Shown one piece after another: positions 1 to 9,082 of a stretch of 64,000 nucleotides of DNA. The stretch comes from an uncultured Verrucomicrobiae bacterium (GTDB lineage: Bacteria; Verrucomicrobiota; Verrucomicrobiia; Opitutales; JABDGR01). The position numbers and the translations under genes were made by a program. The notes beneath the pieces are model-generated. The model was not told the DNA's origin and made no database searches. It worked only from the letters and a program-made list of their open reading frames with translations. Numbering within the stretch: the first letter of the stretch is position 1; each line of letters starts with the position of its first letter. Location of the stretch: positions 626,285 through 690,284 of the forward strand of contig CAVXVB010000005.1 of the NCBI GenBank assembly GCA_963765205.1, given 5' to 3'.

Positions 1-3000
1 TAATTGGTCGGGTTGCGCGCGAGGTAGCTGGTGGCGGCGTCGAGCGCGCCGGCCCAGTCGCCCTGCAAGCGGGCGTCCTCCATGCGCACGACGTCGCGCG
101 AATTTTCGTTGCGCATCGTGGCGAGCAGGGCGGTGATCCATTCCCGCGGATAAAGCTTGGGGTCGCCAAGCGCGCGGGCGAGGTCGAAGACTGGCTCGAT
201 AGTGTCCATGTCCGGCAAGGCCCAACTGGCCACGATCGCCTTGGCGGCCTCCTGGTGGGCGACGTCGGTGGCGCGCGTGAGCGCCGCGGCCTTGTTGAGC
301 AGGCGCAGCGCCTTGATGTAACCGCCGAGCACAGGCTGCTGCTTGAAGTCGTCCTCGGGCCGCGCGGCAATGAGTTTCTGAAGGTTGTCGCGGTCGCCCT
401 GCTGGAAGTAATAGTCGAAGGCCAGGCGGAGCTTGAAGGGGTCGAGGTCGGCGGCGGCGAGCGACCCGAAATCGGCGGCGGGGTCAATGGCCTGGCCGAC
501 GCGCCATTTCATCAAAGTGTCGTAATATTGGATAAAACCGCCGGCCTTGGGGAACTCCGTGGCGCGGGCGGGGGCGAGGTCGGCCCAGCCGCGGCGGGCG
601 ACGTCGGGGTTGTCGAAGTCCACGACGGAAGTGAAGTAGCAGGCGGCGTAAAAGCGGTCCTCGTCGCGCGTGGCCAGTTTTTGGGCGGTTTCAAAGAGCT
701 TCATGCGCAGGTCGCTGTCCGCAGGATCAAAGCTGAGGGTCTGGGCATAATCCATAAAGACTTGCAGGGGATAGCGCCCATAGGGCAGGCGGTCGCGGAT
801 GAAGACGAGCAAGCCCTGGTGGACTTCGTCCTGGGTGAGGAGCGAGAGGTCGGGATTCCACGGGTCGTTCAACTGCTGCCAGGCGGCGGGCCATTGGGCG
901 GCGGCGGCCTGCGGTTGCGAGTCGAGGATGAGCTGGCGCATGGCTTCGGCCACGGGCTGCACGTTCTTGTAAGTATCCAGCAGCGGTCCGACGCTGTCTT
1001 TCAAATCCTTATAGTCCTGCGCGGCTTCGCCGGCGAGCTGGGACCGCCCCAATTGGTTGAAGTCCCCCTGCGCAGTATCCACCGCGTTCAGACTGGCCAG
1101 GACATTGATGATGCGCGCCAGCAGCAGCACGCTGGGGTGGCGGATGGCGGGCAGCGCGAGAACCTTGAGCGCAAACGCTTGCTGCGCGTCCACGGTGAGG
1201 GGCTGGGCGAGATAGTCGTCCCACAAATCGAAATCCGCTCGATCATCGGCCTCGGTTGTGCTGCCCGAGGGGGTGCTCGCGAACATTTTTTCCGCCGTCG
1301 CCCGCTGGCCGGTGACCAAGAGATGCAACGTGGTTTGGGACCAGGCGAGGTAACGCAAATCCGAGGGCATTTCCGCGCGCGCGGTGAAGGCATTGGTTCC
1401 GTCCGCCAGCGCCGGCCCGCTCGCAAACATATCCGGATAACCTTCCAGCGCCATTTCCAAGGCGACGACACGCACGGAAAGCGAGGCGGTGTGGTCCAGC
1501 GCGCGGTTGAAATCCTGGGTGACTTCCACGACCGGGTCGTCCACCTTGCTCAAAAGGTCGGCCTGGGCCGGGGCCGTCGCATAATTATACCAAGGCAGGG
1601 CCGCCTGCTGCCACCAGCCGTCGAGGCCCACTTCCAGCCCCTTGCCCTGCAGGGCGCGCTGGTTCAAGTTGTCGAGCGTGGTTTGCAGCGCCTGGCGGAT
1701 GGCGAGGTTGGGGTCGCCCGGGTCGGCGGGTTGCGCCAGTTCCTTGATGAGCAGGGCGCGCGCGTCCGCATCCCGCCCCAGCGAGGTGTATAAGTCATTC
1801 AACACCGCGACGGCCCAGAGCCGCTGGGTGCCGTGCGCGGCGGGGTCGGCGAGGGTCTGGGCGAGGAGGGCGGCGGCGGCCGCGCCAAATTTCGCGGTGG
1901 AATTCGAGCGCAAAACCGTGAAGCCGAAAAGCCGCGCCAGCGCCTGGCCGGTCGTGCCCTCGGAGCCGTATTTATCCAGGAGGCTTTGGACCAGGTCGCG
2001 GGCCACGTCGGGTTTGTCATCGTTCACCAAGGCGGCCGCGCGCAATTGGGCGAGACTTTCCAACACGTCCTTTTCGCCCGCGGGCAGATTACTTTCCAGG
2101 ACTTCGCCGAGGGCCAAAATATCGTCCGCGTGGTCGGGCGCGAGGGGAATGCCCTCATACAGTTTGCGGGCCGCCTCAATGAGGTCGGCCGGGCGAAAGC
2201 GCCCGGATTGAAACCATTGGTCCGTGGCTTGAAAATAAATGGCGGCATTTTTTTGGCTCAGGGCGATGCTGGCCTGGGCCTCGAGCTGGGGATAACTCTC
2301 AATATAGGGCGCCAGCAAGGCCGGCGAGGATTTGACGACGCCCAGCTTGGCCGCCAGCATATTCCATTGCGCCAGCCAGGCTTGCTGGTGATCCCAATAG
2401 GCGCGGGCCATTTGGGGGTCGGCGGTCAGGTTGAGCATATCCTGGATGGCGGGCGCATTCGTCGCGTATTGGTTGAGGATCTCCGCCGGGGCGGCGCGCA
2501 ATTGGTTGATGACCGCCAGGGCGTCGTCCGTGCGGCCGAGTTCGAGCAACAACAAGCTTGCGCGCAGCAGCGCCTCGCTGGCGGAAGCGCCCGTCGTCAA
2601 ATCCTGGCCAGCAATCCGGTAGGCGGCGATGGCCTCGTCCGTTTGTCCCATATTCTCGTGCAAGTATCCGGCGGTGCCCGCGGCCTCCGCGCGCACGGCC
2701 GGCGCGGTTTCCGGCTGGTTCATCAACCGGTGGAGCACGGCCAGCGCGGCCTCCGGCCCGCCGAGGCCCAGGAAGTATTTCGCCTGCCGCATGCGGATTT
2801 GCTGCACCGCGTCCGCCGCGGCGGGGAATTGGTCGGCCAGTTCAAAGGTCAGCGTGAGCAGGCCATTGTCATCCATGCTGGGTTCCGCCAGCACTTTGTT
2901 CAGGCCGGCCAGCACGTCGAGGTAGTCCTGCGGGTCCGGGGGCAGCTTGGTGAGGTAATACAGGTAGGTGTCGGCGAGGTCCTGGAAATTGTTGCCCGCT

Positions 3001-3305
3001 TCGAAAACCTTGATGCGCTCGTTGGCCTGGTCGCGGTCGAAGTTCATGGCGGAAATGGCGTCCCAGTGTTTGGGTTCCATCTTCTGCAAAAACGCCGCCA
3101 GGGCGTCGCGTGCCGCAGCCTCCGGGCCGGCGGCGGGACGCGGGGCGGCCGGGTTCGCCGCCGGGGCGGCGACCGGGCTGGCGGGCGCCGCGTCCGCGCC
3201 CCAGGCCGGCCAGGCCAACACCGTGATTGCGGCCAGAACAACGGCGCTCGAACGCCAAAGCCGCGAGTTAAAAAGATGTTGTTGGTGTGGTCGCCTCATT
3301 CGCAT
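1..3305 (-). CDS. Large secreted alpha-helical (TPR/solenoid-like) protein, >1100 aa, 3' end outside the window
   Basis: Minus-strand frame read by hand from ATG 3305/3299 (MRMRRPHQQHLFNSRLWRSSAVVLAAITVLAWPAWGADAAP...) to the window edge. It has a signal peptide, an Ala/Pro linker and helical A/L/D-rich sequence. The long + ORFs 255-1793 and 1833-3383 are its antisense shadow. Confidence 0.75.
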   Translation of the reverse strand, partial: MRMRRPHQQHLFNSRLWRSSAVVLAAITVLAWPAWGADAAPASPVAAPAANPAAPRPAAGPEAAARDALAAFLQKMEPKHWDAISAMNFDRDQANERIKVFEAGNNFQDLADTYLYYLTKLPPDPQDYLDVLAGLNKVLAEPSMDDNGLLTLTFELADQFPAAADAVQQIRMRQAKYFLGLGGPEAALAVLHRLMNQPETAPAVRAEAAGTAGYLHENMGQTDEAIAAYRIAGQDLTTGASASEALLRASLLLLELGRTDDALAVINQLRAAPAEILNQYATNAPAIQDMLNLTADPQMARAYWDHQQAWLAQWNMLAAKLGVVKSSPALLAPYIESYPQLEAQASIALSQKNAAIYFQATDQWFQSGRFRPADLIEAARKLYEGIPLAPDHADDILALGEVLESNLPAGEKDVLESLAQLRAAALVNDDKPDVARDLVQSLLDKYGSEGTTGQALARLFGFTVLRSNSTAKFGAAAAALLAQTLADPAAHGTQRLWAVAVLNDLYTSLGRDADARALLIKELAQPADPGDPNLAIRQALQTTLDNLNQRALQGKGLEVGLDGWWQQAALPWYNYATAPAQADLLSKVDDPVVEVTQDFNRALDHTASLSVRVVALEMALEGYPDMFASGPALADGTNAFTARAEMPSDLRYLAWSQTTLHLLVTGQRATAEKMFASTPSGSTTEADDRADFDLWDDYLAQPLTVDAQQAFALKVLALPAIRHPSVLLLARIINVLASLNAVDTAQGDFNQLGRSQLAGEAAQDYKDLKDSVGPLLDTYKNVQPVAEAMRQLILDSQPQAAAAQWPAAWQQLNDPWNPDLSLLTQDEVHQGLLVFIRDRLPYGRYPLQVFMDYAQTLSFDPADSDLRMKLFETAQKLATRDEDRFYAACYFTSVVDFDNPDVARRGWADLAPARATEFPKAGGFIQYYDTLMKWRVGQAIDPAADFGSLAAADLDPFKLRLAFDYYFQQGDRDNLQKLIAARPEDDFKQQPVLGGYIKALRLLNKAAALTRATDVAHQEAAKAIVASWALPDMDTIEPVFDLARALGDPKLYPREWITALLATMRNENSRDVVRMEDARLQGDWAGALDAATSYLARNPTN

Positions 3306-3453
3306 CGGGCCGGGGGTTGCTCAAATTGGACATTATTTCGTGAAAAGAGTGCCATGGCAATGGCGAAGATGCCAGGAACATGACTCGTTTGAAATCCAGA
3401 AAACGTCTTTGGGATTGTGTGGGCGGATGAATGTGGGGCGGTGGGGGAGGGGG

Positions 3454-3743
3454 GAAGTTAGAAGTTAGGAGCGAGGAGCTGGAAGTTTATATCTGCGTCG
3501 TTTGTCAATTCAGTGGCGGAATTTTTTTTATTTTTTTGGTTTGATTGGGTTGGATTTACTCCGATTGGGTGGGTCGAGGTGGGGAGTGGGCGGCGGGGAT
3601 TGGAGTGGGGCACGGGGCGCAAATATAATCGAAAACGAGCGGGCTGGCCAACGTTGGGTTGGCTGCGTTGGATTGGTTGGATGGGTTTGATGGGTTGGGC
3701 GGGAAGAAAAGGAGGAAGGATGAGGGAGGGATGAAGGATGAAA
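3454..3743. repeat. G-rich intergenic region with degenerate 7-mer and 9-mer tandem repeats
   Basis: GAAGTTA GAAGTTA GGAGCGA GGAGCTG GAAGTTT (3454-3488); GGATTGGTT GGATGGGTT TGATGGGTT (~3670-3697); GGAGGAA GGATGAG...GGATGAA GGATGAA (~3711-3742). Confidence 0.7.
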
Positions 3744-3801
3744 TCGGAAACAGCGCAGTTAAGGGGTTGACGGCCAGGCCGGGTGGCGCCATTGTATATC
3801 C

Positions 3802-4044
3802 ATGAAAACGGAAATTCGACGGTGGGGCAACAGCCTGGCCTTGCGGATTCCCCGGGCGTTTGCGGCGGAGACCGCACTGCGGGAGGGGTCGGCGGTGGAT
3901 TTGTCGGTGCGGCGGGGGCGGTTGGTGGTCGCGCCGGAGCGCCGGACGAAATACCATTTGGCGGATTTGCTGCGAAACCTCAAGCCGGCGCAGTTGCCGG
4001 GCGAACAGTTCACCGACGACGCCGTGGGCAGGGAGATTTGGTGA
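3802..4044 (+). CDS. mazE: AbrB/MazE family antitoxin
   Basis: MKTEIRRWGNSLALRIP N-terminal AbrB motif, C-terminal VGREIW; TGATG overlap with the next gene. Confidence 0.92.
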   Translation: MKTEIRRWGNSLALRIPRAFAAETALREGSAVDLSVRRGRLVVAPERRTKYHLADLLRNLKPAQLPGEQFTDDAVGREIW

Positions 4045-5294
4045 TGGCCGGCTATGTTCCACGCCGGGGCGATTTGGTCTGGCTGCGTTTTTCTCCGCAG
4101 GCCGGGCATGAACAGGCGGGGCACCGGCCGGCCTTGGTGATTTCAGCGGAGAGCTACAACCGTCTCACGGGACTGGCGCTGTTTTGTCCGATTACGAACA
4201 AGCGCAAAGGTTATGCGTTGGTCCTTCTGTTGGGGTTAATTTTGTTAGCTACTTACGAGATCAAGGCTGACACAGCGTCTCTGCCTTCTGCAGCTAAACT
4301 GACTGAATTTAAGCCTGAAAATGGAGGCTTTTCCATTATGACACCAGTAGCCTTGGTCGATCAAACGAGCATAAATAACCTAGCCACTCAGACCCAAATT
4401 TTGGCCGGTGGCAAAAATTCCTCACAGAGCGCACCTGAATTTCACTTATTTGTTGGGGGTGATAAAACACTCGCTCTGATCGTGGGCTATACAACATTCC
4501 CGGCGGATATTGAGCACGTTGATCCTAACCGCAGCATAGATATAATTCGTGATGGGCTAGTGAAAGATATGCAGTTGACAAAGCTGGCCGAGAGTCCGTT
4601 GACAATTGACGGCCATCCAGGACGCGAAATTACCGCTATCAGCACGAAATCCGGTGCCACGCTCAATTTCGATGCGCGGTGTTATACGGTTGGGCAGCGC
4701 CTTTACCAGATCATGGCAGTTATCACGCCAGATAATGCAGACACCATCATGGCAAACAATTTTCTGCAATCGTTTAAGCTATTGCCCAACATTGCCAATG
4801 AGGACGTGGCGGGGTCGGCCCCAAAGGCGAAGGAATATAAATTTACCGAAGGCGGTTTTTCGGTAACATCGCTGGTTCCACTAACCCAAACGACACAGAA
4901 CCTGAAATCCTCTCAAGGTGATTATGTTTATGTCCGCCATTTGTTTATGGGCCATGCAGGGTTGATTTATTTCTATGTTGCATATATTGACTCACCTGTG
5001 AATGACGAAACTCATCAGCCAGATTTAAAGTTAAATGCTATGAGGGACGCGACCATAACCGGAATGCATGCAAAGCTGCTGGATGAAAGAAAAGTTTCTA
5101 TCGATGGGCATCCAGGAAAAGAATATGATTATATTCGTTCCTTTAACACCCCGCCTGATATCGAATATAAAACGCGAGCCTTTTTGGTTGGCTCCAAGGT
5201 TTATGAAGTGACAGTCTTCGCACCAAAAGATACCTCTGGCGATTCGATTTTAGATTCGTTTCTCAACTCCTTCACACTGTTGCCCAGCCCTTGA
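4044..5294 (+). CDS. Chimeric ORF: N-terminal ~57 aa of MazF, a hydrophobic helix and two tandem PsbP/Mog1-like domains
   Basis: MAGYVPRRGDLVWLRFSPQAGHEQAGHRPALVIS...CPITNKRKGY is MazF. It continues in frame into ALVLLLGLILLA and two repeats (GGFS...IDGHPG.E...FL.SF.LL). GC content drops after ~4215. Confidence 0.75.
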   Translation: MAGYVPRRGDLVWLRFSPQAGHEQAGHRPALVISAESYNRLTGLALFCPITNKRKGYALVLLLGLILLATYEIKADTASLPSAAKLTEFKPENGGFSIMTPVALVDQTSINNLATQTQILAGGKNSSQSAPEFHLFVGGDKTLALIVGYTTFPADIEHVDPNRSIDIIRDGLVKDMQLTKLAESPLTIDGHPGREITAISTKSGATLNFDARCYTVGQRLYQIMAVITPDNADTIMANNFLQSFKLLPNIANEDVAGSAPKAKEYKFTEGGFSVTSLVPLTQTTQNLKSSQGDYVYVRHLFMGHAGLIYFYVAYIDSPVNDETHQPDLKLNAMRDATITGMHAKLLDERKVSIDGHPGKEYDYIRSFNTPPDIEYKTRAFLVGSKVYEVTVFAPKDTSGDSILDSFLNSFTLLPSP

Positions 5295-5395
5295 TTGTTT
5301 GTTACAAAGCCAAAAAAAGATCAGGGCCAAAACAGGTTCAGGCTGTTTCTTCTTATCATGATCAAGAACAGTCGAGCAGGGCGATCATTTCCTTT

Positions 5396-5878
5396 TCATT
5401 CCGCGGCGGTGCGGGAGGGGCGGTCGAGGGAGTCTTTGACTTTGTCGAGGATGCCGTTGAGGAAGCGGCGGGAGTCGGGGTTCGAGAAGGTCTTGCCGAG
5501 TTCGATGGCTTCGTTGATGGTCACTACTGGCGGGATGTCGCGGCGGTGGAGGAGTTCGAAAATCCCGAGGCGCAGGATGGCGAGGTCCACGCGCGCGATG
5601 CGGTTGAAGGCCCAGTTGTGCGCGTGGTTTTTGATGAGTTCGTCAACCGCCGCCTGGTGCTCGAGCAGGCCGTGGATGAGTTCCTCGGCAAAGGCGTAGT
5701 ATTCGCGCGGGTGCTCCTGCTCGCTGAAGAAGTGGGTCAGGACGCCGGGCAAATCGTCGCTGGGGTTGGCGTCCCACATATAGAGGAACTGCATCGCGGC
5801 GACGCGGCAGTCGCGCCGGCGGCTGGCTTTGGCCGGGGCGGTGGCCGGGGTGGCCGGGGCGGTTTCGTCGGTGGGCAT
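5396..5878 (-). CDS. nusB: Transcription antitermination factor NusB
   Basis: RRDCRVAAMQFLY...IARVDLAILRLG...INEAIELGKTFS..SRRFLNGILD; follows ribH. Confidence 0.95.
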   Translation of the reverse strand: MPTDETAPATPATAPAKASRRRDCRVAAMQFLYMWDANPSDDLPGVLTHFFSEQEHPREYYAFAEELIHGLLEHQAAVDELIKNHAHNWAFNRIARVDLAILRLGIFELLHRRDIPPVVTINEAIELGKTFSNPDSRRFLNGILDKVKDSLDRPSRTAAE

Positions 5879-5891
5879 GAAAATTTTTCCT

Positions 5892-6467
5892 TCAGTTGTT
5901 CTTGAAAAGCTGTTTCGGGTCGAAGCCTTCGTCCTCGTCGTCATCGTCTTCTTCCTCGTCGAGGTCTTCCTTTTCGTCTTCCAATTCGTCGAGGCGCTCG
6001 ACGAGCTGGAGCTTGTGCCAGGCCATCTGCAAGGCGGCACGGGCAAACTCGGCGCCGCGGTCGCGCGGGGCCACGATGCGTTCGCGCGCCTGCTCGAGCG
6101 AATTCACCGTGAGGATGCCGTTGATGACGGGAATTTCCGACTGCATGCCAATTGAGTGCAGCGAATAGGCGGTGCCGTAGCTGATGACCTCGTGGTGGGA
6201 AGTCTCGCCGGCGACGACGACGCCGAGGGCGATCAGGCAGTCGAACTCGCCGGTGGCGGCGAGCATGTGCGCGGCGTAGGGAATCTCGTTCGAGCCGGGG
6301 ACGCGCAGGATTTCGATATTGCGCTCGCGCACGCCGTGCTGGCGCAGCGTGGCCACCACGCGGGCGAGCAGCGCGTCCACCAGTTCGCCGTTATAGCGGG
6401 CGGCGACGATGCCGAGGAAATAGTCCGCGCCGTCAATCTGCGCCGGGTCGGGAGGAGAATCGCTCAT
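5892..6467 (-). CDS. ribH: 6,7-dimethyl-8-ribityllumazine synthase with an acidic C-terminal tail
   Basis: IVAARYN, VPGSNEIP, IALGVVVAGETSH, PVINGILT motifs. Confidence 0.95.
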   Translation of the reverse strand: MSDSPPDPAQIDGADYFLGIVAARYNGELVDALLARVVATLRQHGVRERNIEILRVPGSNEIPYAAHMLAATGEFDCLIALGVVVAGETSHHEVISYGTAYSLHSIGMQSEIPVINGILTVNSLEQARERIVAPRDRGAEFARAALQMAWHKLQLVERLDELEDEKEDLDEEEDDDDEDEGFDPKQLFKNN

Positions 6468-6472
6468 GGAGG

Positions 6473-6509
6473 AGAAGTAAGAATTAGGAATTAAGAATTA
6501 AGAAGTAAG
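6473..6509. repeat. Heptamer tandem repeat
   Basis: AGAAGTA AGAATTA GGAATTA AGAATTA AGAAGTA directly upstream of ribH. Confidence 0.85.
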
Positions 6510-6590
6510 GGCAAGAACAGAATGGAAGTTGAAAGGAGAAGCGGCCCAAACCAGCGGCGAGCGCGGCGCAGGCCAAATCCGGAAAAAATC

Positions 6591-7715
6591 TCACAACGCG
6601 ACGGTTTCGATGATTTCGAGGCCGTAGCCGTCGAGACCAATGACGCGGCGCTGGGGCGAGCCGGAGAGCAGGCGGATTTGCCGCAGGCCGAGGTCGGCGA
6701 GGATTTGCGCGCCGACGCCGTAGTCGCGGAAATCCATGCGCGACGGCGCGGGCACGAGGCGGCCGCCACCACCGGGCTGCGGTTCGAGGTTCAGGCCGCC
6801 AGCGGGTTGCTCGATATACACGAGCGCGCCGCGGCCCTCTTTCGCAATGCGTTCGAGCGCGGCGGCCAGCGCGTGGAAGCCGCCGAACTGCCGCGCGCGA
6901 AACACGTCGGCCAGCAGATTCTCGCTCTGCACGCGCACGAGGGTGGGCGCGCCGTCGAGCGTGCCGCGCGTGAGGGCGTAATGCGTGCGCCCGTCGAGCG
7001 GGGTGCGGTAAATGTGCAAATCGAAATGCCCGAACTCGGAATCGAACGGCAGCGTGGCTTCGCGCTTGACGAGTTTTTCGCGCCGGTGCCGGTAATGGAT
7101 GAGTTGCGTGATGGAAATGAGTTTCAGCCCGAAGCGCTGCTTGAATTCGGCGAGTTGCGGCAGGCGGGCGAGCGTGCCGTCCTCATTGACGATTTCGCAG
7201 AGCACGCCGCTGGGGTGCAGACCGGCGAGGATGGCCAGGTCCACCGCGGCTTCCGTGTGGCCGGCGCGCTGGAGGACGCCGCCGGGCTTGGCTCGCAGGG
7301 GAAACACGTGTCCGGGCTGCACGAGCTGGTCGGGCGTGGCGTAGGGGTCGGACAAAATGCGGATGGTCTTCGTGCGGTCGTAGGCGCTGACGCCAGTGGT
7401 GATGCCGTCGGCGGCATCCACGCTGACCATGAAGTCCGTGCGGTGCGCCTCGCGGTTTTGCGCGACCATGGGGCCGAGGCCGAGGCGCTTGAGCTGCGGC
7501 TCGACGGTGGGCACGCAGACGATGCCGCTGCCGTAGCGGATCATCATGTTCACGGTTTCCGGCGTGGCCTTGGAGGCCGCCATGATCAAATCGCCCTCGT
7601 TCTCGCGGGTTTCGTCATCGGTGACGATGACCAGGCGCCCGCCGGCCACGTCGGCGATGGCCGCCTCGACAGGGTCGAAGGGCGGCGCGGGATGATCGAG
7701 GTCGGGAACACTCAT
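6591..7715 (-). CDS. ribB: 3,4-dihydroxy-2-butanone 4-phosphate synthase fused to a degenerate GTP cyclohydrolase II domain (RibBX type)
   Basis: DDETRENEGD, PGHVFPL, RAGHTEA and GVLCEI motifs are intact. The C-terminal domain reads VRVQSENLLADVF with no Zn-binding Cys. Confidence 0.9.
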   Translation of the reverse strand: MSVPDLDHPAPPFDPVEAAIADVAGGRLVIVTDDETRENEGDLIMAASKATPETVNMMIRYGSGIVCVPTVEPQLKRLGLGPMVAQNREAHRTDFMVSVDAADGITTGVSAYDRTKTIRILSDPYATPDQLVQPGHVFPLRAKPGGVLQRAGHTEAAVDLAILAGLHPSGVLCEIVNEDGTLARLPQLAEFKQRFGLKLISITQLIHYRHRREKLVKREATLPFDSEFGHFDLHIYRTPLDGRTHYALTRGTLDGAPTLVRVQSENLLADVFRARQFGGFHALAAALERIAKEGRGALVYIEQPAGGLNLEPQPGGGGRLVPAPSRMDFRDYGVGAQILADLGLRQIRLLSGSPQRRVIGLDGYGLEIIETVAL

Positions 7716-7783
7716 GGCCGGGTGGGGGAAACCCGGCAATCTAGCGCGGCGCAGGCGGGGGCGTCAAGGGTAGGTGGGGGGAG

Positions 7784-7853
7784 GGTTGCAAGTTGCAGGT
7801 TACAAGTTGCAGGTTGAAGAACCGGCCAATAATTATGTTTTCGCCTGCAACTG
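7784..7853. repeat. Heptamer tandem repeat with a short inverted copy
   Basis: GGTTGCA AGTTGCA GGTTACA AGTTGCA GGTTGAA (7784-7818); inverted CCTGCAACT at ~7843. Confidence 0.8.
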
Positions 7854-7860
7854 GCTCTGC

Positions 7861-8643
7861 TTAATTCCGATCCACCCAGCGTTGGCGCAGGAGTTGCAGG
7901 GCCTGGCCATGAATCTGGCAGATGCGCGCTTCCGTGACTTTGAAGACGGTGGCGATTTCCGCGAGGCGGCGACCGTGGTAGTAATAGAGGAGAATGACCT
8001 GGCGGTGGCGGTCGGGCAAAAGTTTCATCGTGCGCAGGAGGGCGGCCAAAGTCTCTTCCTGTTCGAGGCGGGTGTGCGTGGGCGGGGTGTTCTCGTCGGC
8101 GATGCACTCGTGCAAATTCATGAGCAGGCCCGCGCCATTATCGCGCTCGAGCGGTTTGTCGAGCGGGAGAAAGCGCACGGGGCTGACGCGCAATTGCAGC
8201 TTGTCGTAGTCCAACCGGTTGAGGCCAAGGTGCTCGCGGGTTTCCTCGGCGGTGGGCAGGCGGCCGAGGGTCTGCTCAAGGCTGTCCACGGTCTTGCGCA
8301 GCTCGCGGGCGCGGTGGCGGGCGGAGCGCGGCATCCAATCGAGGCGGCGGAGTTCGTCGAGGATGGCGCCGCGGATGCGCATGGCGACATAGGCCTCGAA
8401 AGTCTTGGTCTGGCCCGCGTCATAGCGGCGCACGGCGGCGATCAGACCGGTCAGCCCCACGCTGTGCAGTTCATCGAGGTCGGCGCAACTGGGCAGGGAG
8501 TGGCGCATTTGCGATACGACGGCGCGCACCTGCGGGTAGTGCCGTTCCACCAACTGGCACTGCTCCGAGGTCAGCGGGCGGGTGGCCAAGGCAGTCGGGT
8601 TGGAGGTGACAGACGAATCTGAGGGGTCTTCAGAGTGGTGCAT
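7861..8643 (-). CDS. FliA/WhiG family RNA polymerase sigma factor
   Basis: RIRGAILDELRRLDWMPRS region 2.4; LAEIATVFKVTEARICQIH region 4. Confidence 0.92.
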   Translation of the reverse strand: MHHSEDPSDSSVTSNPTALATRPLTSEQCQLVERHYPQVRAVVSQMRHSLPSCADLDELHSVGLTGLIAAVRRYDAGQTKTFEAYVAMRIRGAILDELRRLDWMPRSARHRARELRKTVDSLEQTLGRLPTAEETREHLGLNRLDYDKLQLRVSPVRFLPLDKPLERDNGAGLLMNLHECIADENTPPTHTRLEQEETLAALLRTMKLLPDRHRQVILLYYYHGRRLAEIATVFKVTEARICQIHGQALQLLRQRWVDRN

Positions 8644-8966
8644 GGGAGAAAATTTTTAAGTTTCTGCTTAAGTTCTAACCATGCTTCGTGCCAACTTTGG
8701 AGATATTAATTTAAGACATTTACTATAAATAACTTAAAAATTAAATTTACATAAAAATAACGTTGCATAGAATGAAATGCAAAGAATTGAGTTGTATTTA
8801 CATTGCAAAAACAATGCAATTATTTTTCGGTCTAGGGTAAAATTCAAGATTAGCAATGGGTATCTGCGAGCGCAGGGTGTGAGCCGAAGGATTCTGGACC
8901 AACCATGATAGGTGGCCTGGGTATGTCCGGGTCACCTCACGGAGGATTTCTGCGATATTTCCGGCT

Positions 8967-8999
8967 AATTCACCGCAGCGTCACGAAATTGTCACAATA
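8967..8999 (+). promoter_or_regulatory. Pho box (three 11-bp direct repeats)
   Basis: AATTCACCGCA GCGTCACGAAA TTGTCACAATA, with TCAC at 8970, 8981 and 8992, about 85 bp upstream of pstS. Confidence 0.8.
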
Positions 9000-9082
9000 C
9001 CTCTCTAGGATGGGGACGCTGCCACGAAAACGCTCCCGGCGGCAAATCTCTCGTCCATCTCCATCCCATCCTCATTAAAAAA

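Noticed and set aside
255..3383. Long + strand ORFs (512 and 516 aa)
   Set aside because: Antisense shadows of the minus-strand gene. The same applies to most long overlapping ORFs in this GC-rich window.
3420..3760. G-quadruplex or ncRNA in the G-rich spacer
   Set aside because: The G-runs are explained by degenerate 7-mer and 9-mer repeats; no independent support.
3783..4043. N-terminal 87 aa of the 503-aa ORF
   Set aside because: Overlaps mazE out of frame; the real start is ATG 4044, coupled to the mazE stop.
7716..7860. FMN riboswitch upstream of the rib genes
   Set aside because: No RFN consensus; the space holds a promoter-like sequence and a heptamer array.
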